A stretch of 54,636 bases of DNA from an uncultured Dehalococcoidales bacterium (GTDB lineage: Bacteria; Chloroflexota; Dehalococcoidia; Lucifugimonadales; Lucifugimonadaceae): assembly GCA_964435915.1 (NCBI GenBank), contig CAYTAO010000004.1, forward strand, positions 226 to 54,861, read 5' to 3'. The translations under genes were made by a program, and so were the position numbers. Below, piece after piece: positions 9,822-19,462 of the stretch; the stretch's first letter is position 1, and each line of letters starts with the position of its first letter. Under the pieces are notes generated by a model, which did no database searches, was not told the origin of the DNA, and saw only the letters and a list, made by a program, of their open reading frames with translations.

Positions 9822-9844
9822 AAGCAAACCCACTTCACTAACGA

Positions 9845-9949
9845 ATGAACCACGAGGCACGTTCATATTATGTTTACATGCTCGCTAACAAAGGTCGCAT
9901 AATCTACACGGGCGTAATTGGGGATCTTCATACTCGAACTTGGTAGCAC
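9845..9949 (+). pseudogene. Small GIY-YIG nuclease (YhbQ/UPF0213-like) N-terminal relic
   Basis: MNHEARSYYVYMLANKGRIIYTGVIGDLHTRTW*H matches the YYVYIL..N...LYTGVT.DL..R..QH pattern; TAG at 9944; absent from the ORF track. Confidence 0.8.
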
Positions 9950-10195
9950 ACGTATGCTAGATCAATACCAAGGGGATTGGAGCGTATACCATCGGCATGG
10001 TGATATGCGTGGTGAAGTCGATCGAACGAGAGAAAGTTCGCTTGAAAACGCGGGCTCTTTGGCACGTCGACCCTCTCTACCGGCAGCAATAGTTATCGGA
10101 TTGACCATAATACCGATTTGAATGGTGTTTCGATGGTTCCGGTCAAGACGCTCAGGTTAAGGGTTCGTCTTAGGCTGTTACTGCCGTGCATCCAC

Positions 10196-11224
10196 TCAAT
10201 CCAAAAACTTATCCGCGTGTGCAAATACCTGCGGAAGCCCTCCCGAGTGGATGAAGCAGATGGTTTCTTCAGGGTCGACCCGACCAGCCCGAAACTCGCC
10301 GATCAGTCCTGACATCGACTTACCTGTGTAATTCGGGTCGAGTACGAGTCCTTCGACCTTACCAACCATCATTATGGCTTCTATGACCCGATCGTCTGGC
10401 TCCCCGTATCCCGGACCCATGTAGGCGTTAAGCACGTCGAGATCTGACGCGTCAAGGGAGTGCTCTAGCCCGAACATCTCATCAACCCTTGAGGCGCGAG
10501 TGCCCGTGGTTTTGGGAAAATCCTCGATCTTGCCGGGTGAATACTGAACCGCAGTAGTTCTCCAATCGAGACCTCGATTCTTGCCGTAGAGCTTCAGGCC
10601 TGCAATCGATCGACCCGTAAGGCCCCAGAACCTGACCGGACCCTTAACATCAGCCGCTTCCAACTGTTCTTCGAGTTCTAGGCCAGTCTCGAGAAAGCCG
10701 ATCATGCCCATCACGTCGGCGAACGGATCGTCGGGCATGATATACGGTCTTCCACCCGCCTCAGTTACTTCCGAAAAAATCTTGTCCGCCACCTGTCGTC
10801 CGTACTCGGCAGGAGTCCTGTGTATCTCAGCACCCATCAGTTTGCACAGCAGCAGATTGCCTGTGACTGGCGCAGTAACCATGTCGATCGAAACGAGGTG
10901 GTATTTCAGCCCTACTCTGGCGCAACCTGCCGCGAGAAGTCGAGCCTGATTCGAGTGATAGTGGTTGATGTTAATTACAGTGTCGAATCCACCCTCGATG
11001 ATGTGGGCCATCTCGAACTCGAAGTGCCGACCCTTGTTGCCACCAAATGCCAGGCCCGTAACATCGTCACGCTTCACGAGCATACGGTTCGGAACCGAAA
11101 AACCCTCGTCGATAAGCGTCTGGCGAAGCCGGTCGAGTGCCTCAAGCGGTGTGTTCAGGTGCGACAGCTTGAACCGAGGCAATTCTTTGAGTTTTTGTCG
11201 GATATGTTTTTTAGAAATGGTCAT
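10196..11224 (-). CDS. PLP-dependent D-cysteine desulfhydrase/ACC deaminase family, paralog 2
   Basis: KRDDVTGLAFGGNK, YHSNQAR, LDPNYTGK, FIHSGG. Start placed at ATG 11224; the ORF-track extension runs through REP-like repeats. Confidence 0.88.
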   Translation of the reverse strand: MTISKKHIRQKLKELPRFKLSHLNTPLEALDRLRQTLIDEGFSVPNRMLVKRDDVTGLAFGGNKGRHFEFEMAHIIEGGFDTVININHYHSNQARLLAAGCARVGLKYHLVSIDMVTAPVTGNLLLCKLMGAEIHRTPAEYGRQVADKIFSEVTEAGGRPYIMPDDPFADVMGMIGFLETGLELEEQLEAADVKGPVRFWGLTGRSIAGLKLYGKNRGLDWRTTAVQYSPGKIEDFPKTTGTRASRVDEMFGLEHSLDASDLDVLNAYMGPGYGEPDDRVIEAIMMVGKVEGLVLDPNYTGKSMSGLIGEFRAGRVDPEETICFIHSGGLPQVFAHADKFLD

Positions 11225-11349
11225 TTGTACGAATTGATTTGTCTGAGAACCAAGTCGTCGATTACTTATTCGACTGGGCATGAAAGCGTGGTTTTGCGAG
11301 ATAGATACAAGACGATCCAGCACACGATTGTGACCGACGTTTTCAACGT

Positions 11350-11425
11350 TGTCATCCTGAACTCGATTCAGAATCACGGGTGGGAATATTGCTGTAGTTG
11401 TCACCCTGAGTTCATTTTCAGGATC
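11350..11425 (+). repeat. Two direct copies of a TGTC-tagged palindromic REP-like unit
   Basis: TGTCATCCTGAACTCGATTCAGAATC (11350-11375) and TGTCACCCTGAGTTCATTTTCAGGATC (11399-11425). Confidence 0.7.
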
Positions 11426-11720
11426 AATATGGCTTGGAACGGGGAATTGAACAATTCAATAGCGATTGTTGCGCAGGCACGGCGAGTGGTCATCGTGGGA
11501 TTGAGGTGCTGTCGAAAGAGCGCGCTTTAACTCTGTATTTCTATGGTTGCTTATCGCCTCACAGCATCAACACAAAACAGCTCGTGTTAGCAGATAAATA
11601 AGGGTGTCAGATTTCAGAGGAACACCCCAGTTCAATAGACACACGACCCTAGCTGGAGCTTTCGATGTTAATATCACTGGGCATTTTCATTGGATTTGTT
11701 GTTCAGGAGGATCGAGATTC

Positions 11721-12893
11721 ATGGCAGGACCACTGCGGGTCGGATTAGTTGGCGTTGGTCAGCGTGGTGTTCAGCACATCCGAGCGATGGTCCAGATGCA
11801 GAAGGATGAAATCGTCCAGGTCACTGCGCTTGCCGATCCATACCCCGAGAACCTTACCGATAGCAAGATAACCAGTTATGTTCCTGAGTACTCGTCAATC
11901 GGCGTAAAGATGTTCAATAGCGCCGATGCCATGATCGAGTCGGGGCTGGTCGATGCCATGTGGTTCGTCATCCCACCGAACCAGCACCGAGGTGAGATCG
12001 AGCGAGCTGCGGAGCGTGAAATCGCCATATTCGCCGAGAAGCCGCAGTCACTGTTTCTCGATGACATCATCAGTCAGGATGCTGCCATTACGAAGGCTGG
12101 CGTGCCGAGTACGGTCGTGTTCCAGATGCGACACGACCGTGGCTACTCGGATATCGCCGCCTACTTGAGCGACAAGTGGGTGGCCGCGATGACGATGATC
12201 GCCGAGGGAGCTGTGGAGGGGCACGGCACCAAGCACACTCACACCGAAGATCAGGGTGGGCCCGCCAATCGAGTTTGGACTGCGAACCGTGCGTGGGCGG
12301 GTACTTCAATCGTAGAGGCTGGTATTCACCAGACCGACATCATGCGTTATTGGTCGAACGACGATGTAGATTGGGTACGAGCTATTTACACTAATCGACC
12401 GGTCGATCTGTATGAAACCGAGGGCGATAATCCGATCGCGTACACGGTTACATACGGAATGAAAAAAGGCGGAGTCGCAAATATTTTGTTCACAAAACCG
12501 GCGCGCTCGTACTATCTTGGTCGATTCGACTACATCATCCACACGCACGGCACAATTAAGCTCGAAGACGACATTGTCGATTACACATTCGAGGGCGACT
12601 GGCCTCCGAAAGAAAAGCCGACGATAGATCAGGTTCGCAAGGTAATTTCACCGGGTCCACACTATAGCGCGATGGGTGATGAGAGCACTCTCGGAATCAG
12701 CGAGGCGTTCGCCACATCTATCGTCGAGAACAAGCCCGAAAACCGACTGAATTCGTTCAACTCCTCGATCAACTCACTTGCTTCTGTGCTTGCAGCAAAT
12801 ATCTCGAACGAACTCGATGGCGAGAAGATCGTAATCGACGAGTTCATAAATGACGATAAATACGCCCAATACCGGTTAAACCAGAACAGGTAA
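11721..12893 (+). CDS. Gfo/Idh/MocA family oxidoreductase
   Basis: AGGAGG RBS at 11705; LRVGLVGVGQRG Rossmann motif, IFAEKP, EAGIHQTD. Confidence 0.9.
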   Translation: MAGPLRVGLVGVGQRGVQHIRAMVQMQKDEIVQVTALADPYPENLTDSKITSYVPEYSSIGVKMFNSADAMIESGLVDAMWFVIPPNQHRGEIERAAEREIAIFAEKPQSLFLDDIISQDAAITKAGVPSTVVFQMRHDRGYSDIAAYLSDKWVAAMTMIAEGAVEGHGTKHTHTEDQGGPANRVWTANRAWAGTSIVEAGIHQTDIMRYWSNDDVDWVRAIYTNRPVDLYETEGDNPIAYTVTYGMKKGGVANILFTKPARSYYLGRFDYIIHTHGTIKLEDDIVDYTFEGDWPPKEKPTIDQVRKVISPGPHYSAMGDESTLGISEAFATSIVENKPENRLNSFNSSINSLASVLAANISNELDGEKIVIDEFINDDKYAQYRLNQNR

Positions 12894-13020
12894 ATCGAAC
12901 AAATTGGTCGTTTTGAGCAAGTTCGACGTTGGATTTTGCTTCTTTGCGAAATTAAGGTTTACTCTTTTTCAACTCGAAATTCTCAGTTGCAGTTTCGCAA
13001 ATAACAACGGAGAAAAATAA

Positions 13021-14208
13021 TTGCCAGTTTCAGGTGAATGGTTCAGTCCCACTGAACTGCGTTTTAGCGCGATCCATGTGCGAGCAAAGACCGAGTGGGT
13101 CCACCTATCGCTGGGTGATGGAGCGGGAGTCGTGGGACAGGGCGAAATTACTTCGATCCAGATCGCAAGCGAAGTGGCTCCAGTTGTAGCCCGACTGGCG
13201 AATCGCCTACGTGGCCGTCGCCTAACGAGTGATACCGACGTACTCACTCTGAATAACCTGACCACCGAGCAACTCGAAGACGATCGGGTGCTTGCGACCG
13301 CGGTGAGCGGGTTGAGATGTGCCGTTGCCGATGCCCTCTCTCGGGTGCTGCAGATGCCGATGGTCGACTACTTGCGAGAGTTGCACGACCACGAAGGTAC
13401 AGCCGATACAAAGATACAGCTCTACTCGAATATCAATCGTTCAATGCTTGACGACGACAACGGCAAGGTAGATCGTTCATCTGACGCCTTCGCTGAGATG
13501 GCTCAACGGGCCATGGAAGCGGGATTCACGACCGCAAAATGCGCCCCGTTCGACGAATGCAACCCCCCGTTTAATTCGACTGGATTGCCGCGCGAAGCTG
13601 AGATAGGACTCGATCGAATTCGTGCCGCAAAGGCGGTTGTCGGGCCAGATCGCACGCTGCTGGTCGATTGTCACTCACGATTTGATCTGGATTCGGGGCT
13701 GGCGCTCGAACCCGAGCTCCGTGAGGCTGGTGTTGGCTGGTACGAAGAACCGGTTGATCCTATTAAATCAACTGACGATCTTCGAAAAATTCGTGCGAAA
13801 GCGCAAATGACTATCGCCGGTGCTGAGGCAGGATATGGCATTGATCTGTTTACCCGGCTAATGGAGGAAGACGCTCTCGATGTTGTGATGCCAGACGTGA
13901 AGTTCTGCGGAGGCCCGGTCGAGGCGTATCTAATTGGACGTGAACTTGAAGCACGCTGGGAGGGCTCTGTCTCTATGCACTGCCCGTCGGGTCCGCTGTC
14001 GCTTCTTGCTTCTTCACACGCAACTGCGGCGTTCGGGAACGCAATTCCACTGGAACATGCTGTGTACGAAGTCGAATGGCGCCACGAGGTGCTCGAGCCA
14101 TTTGAGGACATCAATGAGGGTTACCTGATACTCCCTGACGGCTATGGACTAGGAGCCCGTGTCGACCCGGTTGCGGTAGCGATGCGTGGACGCCAATGGA
14201 CCGAGTAA
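13021..14208 (+). CDS. Mandelate racemase/enolase superfamily acid-sugar dehydratase-like protein
   Basis: AKCAPFD, LVDCH, WYEEP, AGAE, MPDVKFCGG, SMHCP metal and catalytic motifs. Confidence 0.88.
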   Translation: MPVSGEWFSPTELRFSAIHVRAKTEWVHLSLGDGAGVVGQGEITSIQIASEVAPVVARLANRLRGRRLTSDTDVLTLNNLTTEQLEDDRVLATAVSGLRCAVADALSRVLQMPMVDYLRELHDHEGTADTKIQLYSNINRSMLDDDNGKVDRSSDAFAEMAQRAMEAGFTTAKCAPFDECNPPFNSTGLPREAEIGLDRIRAAKAVVGPDRTLLVDCHSRFDLDSGLALEPELREAGVGWYEEPVDPIKSTDDLRKIRAKAQMTIAGAEAGYGIDLFTRLMEEDALDVVMPDVKFCGGPVEAYLIGRELEARWEGSVSMHCPSGPLSLLASSHATAAFGNAIPLEHAVYEVEWRHEVLEPFEDINEGYLILPDGYGLGARVDPVAVAMRGRQWTE

Positions 14209-14353
14209 GGTCAGTGCGGCATTTCGGTCAGAACCGTAACTGGCGGTCGATGACATTCGATTTCCTGAGTGAAACCTGCTGAGTCGAGTCGTAGGCTGAG
14301 TAGAACAAGATACACTGTGTCGGTATTACACGCTTCACAATAGGAACTCTGAC

Positions 14354-15091
14354 GTGCCTTCTGATTTTGCTGGGGTTGGTCCAAGACTGATTCATCGTTC
14401 TGAACTGCTGGAACGATTGATCGACTTTGAGATCGAGCCGGGCACCAACTTCATCGTTGAGCTGCTGCCAGCCGGATACTCGCTTGGTGAAGAATGGCAG
14501 TCGCTGTCGAAGTCTGCCCAATCCGACGAAAATGGAATCGTACTTATAAGCTCGGCAGTTCCTCCTTCTGAGTTGCAACCTCGTGTGGCAATGCTGCCCC
14601 CGTTTCCAATCACAGAATCCAGCGAAACCGATTCGTTCGAAGATCTACGAGTGCTCATTTCAAAGCATCAGGTAGTTGGGATTATCCTTCTGCGACTTGG
14701 ACACTGGGCAGTAGCAATCGCCGAAGATGGCGAGCTTGTTGTGACGAAAACAGGAAGCCGGTACGTCAAGGGACAACACAGAAAAGGCGGCCAGTCGTCG
14801 AATCGGTTTCGGCGAGGTCGAGAGAAGTGGATTCGCGAGTTATTCGATCAGGCGGGCGAGGTCGCAAGTGAGAGATTTCGAGATTACCCGGGTCATATCG
14901 ACTTTCTCTCACTTGGTGGTGACAGGGTAGTTCTGCGGGGTTTTTTGAAACGAGTGAAGCTGCCTGACGACATTTGCCGGCGAGTACTGCCAAACCGTAT
15001 TGCCGTCGATCAGCCCGGTCGAAAAGCCCTGGATTCCGCAGTGTTGGACGCCTGGTCGTACAGAATTTTTGAGCTTCAAAGCAATGTTTAA
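14354..15091 (+). CDS. eRF1-fold release-factor homolog (acVLRF1/baeRF1-like peptidyl-tRNA hydrolase)
   Basis: IILLRLGHWAVAI, RYVKGQHRKGGQSSNRFRR catalytic-loop segment, LSLGGDR. Confidence 0.8.
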   Translation: MPSDFAGVGPRLIHRSELLERLIDFEIEPGTNFIVELLPAGYSLGEEWQSLSKSAQSDENGIVLISSAVPPSELQPRVAMLPPFPITESSETDSFEDLRVLISKHQVVGIILLRLGHWAVAIAEDGELVVTKTGSRYVKGQHRKGGQSSNRFRRGREKWIRELFDQAGEVASERFRDYPGHIDFLSLGGDRVVLRGFLKRVKLPDDICRRVLPNRIAVDQPGRKALDSAVLDAWSYRIFELQSNV

Positions 15092-15364
15092 GCTCTTTAC
15101 TCGACATTGCCCCAACAAGTCGGGTTTTGGATCTGTTTCAATTATCCCACTAAATACGCCCATACAAACATATAGACAATGGGGAACTATACGCACACTT
15201 GCGTGGGGCGTAGCATCGCGCTGCCCCGCTAAATAATGGTGGATGGCGATATGTGAGGCGTCCGCGTCAAAGCTCTGCTTTTGATAGCCGGTAAACGTCT
15301 AGATAACAAACTTCAGCTCAGACCTCACAAACACCGAGGCCGAAAGCAAAAGGTGTAATTAGCG

Positions 15365-16300
15365 ATGACTACTGCGCGAACTGGCGAACGAGTCGCCTAC
15401 TTCAATGGCCAGATAATGCCCGAATCCGAAGTCAAAGTCCCATTCAGAGACAGGGGATTCAAGTACGGAGATGCCGTATTCGATATGACAAGAACATTCG
15501 GGCACAATATTTTCAAGATTGAGACCCATATCAGCCGTTTCTATAACTCACTCCGGTACGTCGATATCGATCCCGGCATGTCCGAAGAAGAGATGGTCGC
15601 GAAGTCTCGAGAGGTACTTGAAGCCAACATGCACCTGCTGGGTCCAGATGATGACTACTGGGTTGGCCAAAGAGTTTCACGTGGTGTTGATTTAGTTGGC
15701 GGTGATATGTGGGAGACCGCGGGTGGTCCAAACGTAATCATCGAGTGTGCTCCTCTGCCATTGAAGCCTCGGGCCAGGCTCTTCAAGGACGGAATCGACG
15801 TCCTAATCCCCTCCGTTCGCCGAACGCCGCCTGAGTCGCTCAGTCCTCGTGCTAAAACACACAACTATCTAAACCTGATCATGGCCGACATGGAAGCGAA
15901 GTCGCAGGACCCCGAGGCGTGGGCGATTCTGCTCGATACCAGGGGATTTCTGACAGAAGGAATCGGTTCGAACTTGTTCACGATCAAGGACGGAGTCATC
16001 TACACGCCTCAGGAGCAGTTTGTTCTGGGCGGCATCTCTCGTGAAACGGCGATCGAAATGGCCCAGCGAATAGATGTTCCAGTTGTGGCGAAGGACATTG
16101 ATATGTTCGATGCAATGACAGCTGACGAGGTATTCTTGACTTCGACTTCACTCTGCATCTGCGGTGTTCGCTCGTTCCAGGGTCGAGAAATAGGCGATGG
16201 CTCGGCAGCAGGACCGATCACGAAGGCACTTATGGACGCCTATGTAGATTTCGTAGACTTCGACTGGATCGGTCAGTATCTGAAGCGGCTCGAGAGCTAG
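15365..16300 (+). CDS. Class IV PLP aminotransferase (IlvE/Dat/PabC family)
   Basis: AYFNG, DRGFKYGDAVF, AKTHNYLN, LTEGIGSN, LGGISR, ADEVFLTST. Confidence 0.92.
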   Translation: MTTARTGERVAYFNGQIMPESEVKVPFRDRGFKYGDAVFDMTRTFGHNIFKIETHISRFYNSLRYVDIDPGMSEEEMVAKSREVLEANMHLLGPDDDYWVGQRVSRGVDLVGGDMWETAGGPNVIIECAPLPLKPRARLFKDGIDVLIPSVRRTPPESLSPRAKTHNYLNLIMADMEAKSQDPEAWAILLDTRGFLTEGIGSNLFTIKDGVIYTPQEQFVLGGISRETAIEMAQRIDVPVVAKDIDMFDAMTADEVFLTSTSLCICGVRSFQGREIGDGSAAGPITKALMDAYVDFVDFDWIGQYLKRLES

Positions 16301-16335
16301 GCTCCAAAAAGCATAACCAAAGGCCAATCTTCAGT

Positions 16336-17484
16336 ATGAACAAAGAGTTGTATCTGCCACTACAAGGTAGTTGGGAACGAAAAAGCGCTTCTTCACTCGG
16401 AATGGACCAGTCGATTCTCAATTTGTCGGTTCAGTTTGCAAAAGATAACGAGATCGAGTGGCCGATCGACATTAGTCACCAGAACGTCGGGCAGGACGCC
16501 TCCGAGTGGGCCGAGAAGCTTGGACCGTTCAAGGATCGAGGTGGCCCGGCTGGCGTCGTGATCAAAGATGGGTACATCGTTGCCGAGTGGGGCGACCTGA
16601 ACCGTGTTGACCTCACGTTTAGCGCCACCAAGAGCTACGTGGCGACAATAGCAGGTCTTGCGCTGGATAAAGGCTTGATCAAAAGCACATCAGATCCTGT
16701 ACTCGGCTACGAGGCAGGAAAGTCGATCACAAATCCGGCCACTGGCGAGCTAATTGACGGGTTCGACACGGATCAAAATCACGGTGTTACATGGGCGCAT
16801 TTGCTCCAACAGACCTCCGAATGGGAGGAAACGCTGTACACGAAGCCCGACGTCGTCGACTGGAACCGAAATCTTGACCCCGACGGCATGAACGCAGTGG
16901 GTGATTTTCAGAGGGAGAAGCGACAAAACCCGGGCGGACACTGGGAGTACAACGACGTCAGGGTAAACCGAACTGCTTTGGCGCTTCTTGCTGTTTGGGG
17001 TGAGACGCTTCCGGGCGTTCTGAAACGTGATGTGATGGACCCAATAGGGGCGTCAGACACGTGGGAATGGCACGGCTATGGCGATCACTCACTTGTGAAT
17101 CTCGATGGACTCGTAACTGAGTCGGTATCGGGAGGAGCTCACTGGGGTGGTGGACTCTGGATTAACACACTCGACCACGCCCGCTTCGGGATGCTTTTCT
17201 TGAATCGAGGTCGCTGGGGCGATCGACAGATTATTTCGGAACGCTGGATAGACATGATGACTGTGCCATGTGAACTCAACGCGCAGTACGGCTACATGTG
17301 GTGGCTCAACACGGGGCATATTCGCTTTGGTAAACATGCTTCAGAGTCGACTTTCGCCGCATCAGGCGCCGGTGGCAACTCGGTTGTTATTGATCCTGAG
17401 AAGGACCTCGTTATAGTTACCAGATGGTGTGAGGATGTATCGGGCGTTGTCGATCTAGTGGCTCAAGCGGTGGGATCTGACTAG
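16336..17484 (+). CDS. Serine hydrolase, beta-lactamase-related family
   Basis: SxxK motif (FSATKS), HLLQQTS, WEYND, YGYMWW. Confidence 0.9.
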   Translation: MNKELYLPLQGSWERKSASSLGMDQSILNLSVQFAKDNEIEWPIDISHQNVGQDASEWAEKLGPFKDRGGPAGVVIKDGYIVAEWGDLNRVDLTFSATKSYVATIAGLALDKGLIKSTSDPVLGYEAGKSITNPATGELIDGFDTDQNHGVTWAHLLQQTSEWEETLYTKPDVVDWNRNLDPDGMNAVGDFQREKRQNPGGHWEYNDVRVNRTALALLAVWGETLPGVLKRDVMDPIGASDTWEWHGYGDHSLVNLDGLVTESVSGGAHWGGGLWINTLDHARFGMLFLNRGRWGDRQIISERWIDMMTVPCELNAQYGYMWWLNTGHIRFGKHASESTFAASGAGGNSVVIDPEKDLVIVTRWCEDVSGVVDLVAQAVGSD

Positions 17485-17490
17485 TCACAC

Positions 17491-18498
17491 ATGGCCTCGA
17501 CCTCTTCTCAAGAGCCGCCAAAAGCTCCGGATTCGCCTGTAACCCAGCCGCGACGCCCTCTTTCGTTGAAAGCCGGGGCCTTTTCGCTCCTGCTCTCGAC
17601 CATGTGGGCCGGGAATCCAGTTGCCAACAAGGCGGGGTTGGAAGACGCCGGACCACTACGGCTTGGTTACCTACGATTTATTCTTGGTGCGATAGTCGTA
17701 CTAATATATGCAATCGCGACCAAGCAATCATTCAAAGTCCACCGGAACGAATGGACTCCTCTTGTTTTGCTGGGTGTGCTGTTTACCGTTCAGCTTGCGT
17801 TTATGAATGTTGGGCAGGATTACACGACAGCAGGGCACGCAGTTGTCGTGACGACCACGTTTCCACTGTGGACAGGAGTGTTCGCACACTTCTTTGTGCC
17901 TGGCGATCGCATGTCGCGGTCTCGAACGTTTGGAACTCTGGTTGCTTATACGGGAGTGGTAGTCGTTTTGTACAAGGGGTTTGCCGACTCGAGTTCGGAT
18001 TTCCTGATCGGCGACCTGCTGTTACTTGGCTCGGCAGTACTTTTGGGAGCTCGGCAGGTTTACCTGTCGCAGCTCGGGCAGGGCATAGCTCAACACAAGC
18101 TGCTCATGGCGCAGGGTATATTCGGAATCGTAACGTTCGTATTAGCCAGCCTGATTTTCGAGTCTGGCGAGGCTTTTACAGTCACATCTCGACTGATCAT
18201 CGCCCTGTTCTATACCGGAGTGCTGATAGCCGGGCTAGGGTTTATCGGACAAACATGGCTGCTGAAGCGCTACCTGCCCTCACGAGTGACAGTCATATCG
18301 CTGAGCCAACCGATATTCGGTGTGCTGTTCAGTTGGTGGATACTTGGTGAGTCGATCGGGGGTGAACTGTACATCGGCGCGCTACTGGTCGTAGTCGGGT
18401 CGGCGCTTGCCCAGCGAAGCTCAGGTTCGAAGACGGTTAAGACGGCGAAAGATACCGGATCTACGCCACCAGGGCCTGCTGGTGGCGCTTCTCCATAA
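17491..18498 (+). CDS. DMT/EamA family transporter
   Basis: About 10 TM helices in two EamA repeats. Confidence 0.9.
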   Translation: MASTSSQEPPKAPDSPVTQPRRPLSLKAGAFSLLLSTMWAGNPVANKAGLEDAGPLRLGYLRFILGAIVVLIYAIATKQSFKVHRNEWTPLVLLGVLFTVQLAFMNVGQDYTTAGHAVVVTTTFPLWTGVFAHFFVPGDRMSRSRTFGTLVAYTGVVVVLYKGFADSSSDFLIGDLLLLGSAVLLGARQVYLSQLGQGIAQHKLLMAQGIFGIVTFVLASLIFESGEAFTVTSRLIIALFYTGVLIAGLGFIGQTWLLKRYLPSRVTVISLSQPIFGVLFSWWILGESIGGELYIGALLVVVGSALAQRSSGSKTVKTAKDTGSTPPGPAGGASP

Positions 18499-18664
18499 GA
18501 TCGCTAACCACCTCGATATCAAGGTGGCGCTTCGGGTAAAACGCTCTAGCTCCAGCTTCACTGTGTTTCACGGACCGTTTGCTGTTGGGTTTTGCGCAAG
18601 ATGCAGATTCTGGGCAACAGTAGCGTATAGCTCCGTGGGAGCAGGGTAGAATTCTTGTCGCACC

Positions 18665-19393
18665 ATGCCCGATTCGAACCCACATACTCAGTATCCTGAG
18701 AACCAGAATTACATTAAACCCACTGCCGAAACGTCGGGCATTACGCGCCTGAGTAAGACGGAAAGTGAGACTGAGGGCGCACATCTCCGACGAGTGGCTG
18801 AGGAGTTGAGTGGTTCGGGTGAAGAGCGAATCGCACATTTACGATCACGGCTTTCGAGTCGAGATATGCGCGAGCGAATAATGGGAGCCCGGGAACTTGG
18901 TGCAAACGGTTCACTCAGAGCGATACAGGTTTTACGCGACATGCTCGTGTCGGTAGACGAAAACGCGTGGAAGCTGGCTATTCACGGGCTAAGAACGGGT
19001 GGGTCACGCGAAGGCTGGCTGTGCCTTGAAGGCATTGCGCAGGAAGACGCGAAGCAACTCGAGTCGGCAGACGAGGACGCAAGGAGCCGTTCGTTCAAGC
19101 GGTTGATGGCGATGGGTAGAACCAAGATGATGGACCGCCTGTTTCGCGCTGCCGATGGTCACTCTAGATTGATTCCCGGTGATATCGCTAAAAAATTCTC
19201 TCAAAATGCAGTCGACACGCTGCCACAGTCACAACGAAACGTGATGGAACTAAGACTGGGCCTGACGAACGGTGCATCAGCCACTCCGTCGGATACGGCG
19301 ACAACTCTTGGACTAGACCTCGACCAGGTTCGTGCGCTCGAACTGCAGGGTTGGCAGTCGATACATTCCCCATTACTCCTCGACGATAACTGA
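18665..19393 (+). CDS. HEAT-like repeat protein with C-terminal sigma70 region-4-like HTH
   Basis: RERIMGARELGANGSLRAIQVLRDML (HEAT/PBS-like); TLPQSQRNVMELRLGLTNGASATPSDTATTLGLDLDQVRALELQG (sigma70 r4-like). Confidence 0.65.
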   Translation: MPDSNPHTQYPENQNYIKPTAETSGITRLSKTESETEGAHLRRVAEELSGSGEERIAHLRSRLSSRDMRERIMGARELGANGSLRAIQVLRDMLVSVDENAWKLAIHGLRTGGSREGWLCLEGIAQEDAKQLESADEDARSRSFKRLMAMGRTKMMDRLFRAADGHSRLIPGDIAKKFSQNAVDTLPQSQRNVMELRLGLTNGASATPSDTATTLGLDLDQVRALELQGWQSIHSPLLLDDN

Positions 19394-19462
19394 CCCCTGG
19401 AGAATCGCAGGCATATACTGCATCGGAATTGAGTAACGAACAGGCAACAGGTCAGGCCGCGT

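Noticed and set aside
11225-11404. 60-aa N-terminal extension of PLP paralog 2, as a possible coding-repeat insertion
   Set aside because: It lies before the homologous start and crosses intergenic palindromes, with no sign of translation.
11350-11425. Mini CRISPR array
   Set aside because: Only two imperfect copies, a 23-nt gap and no cas genes.
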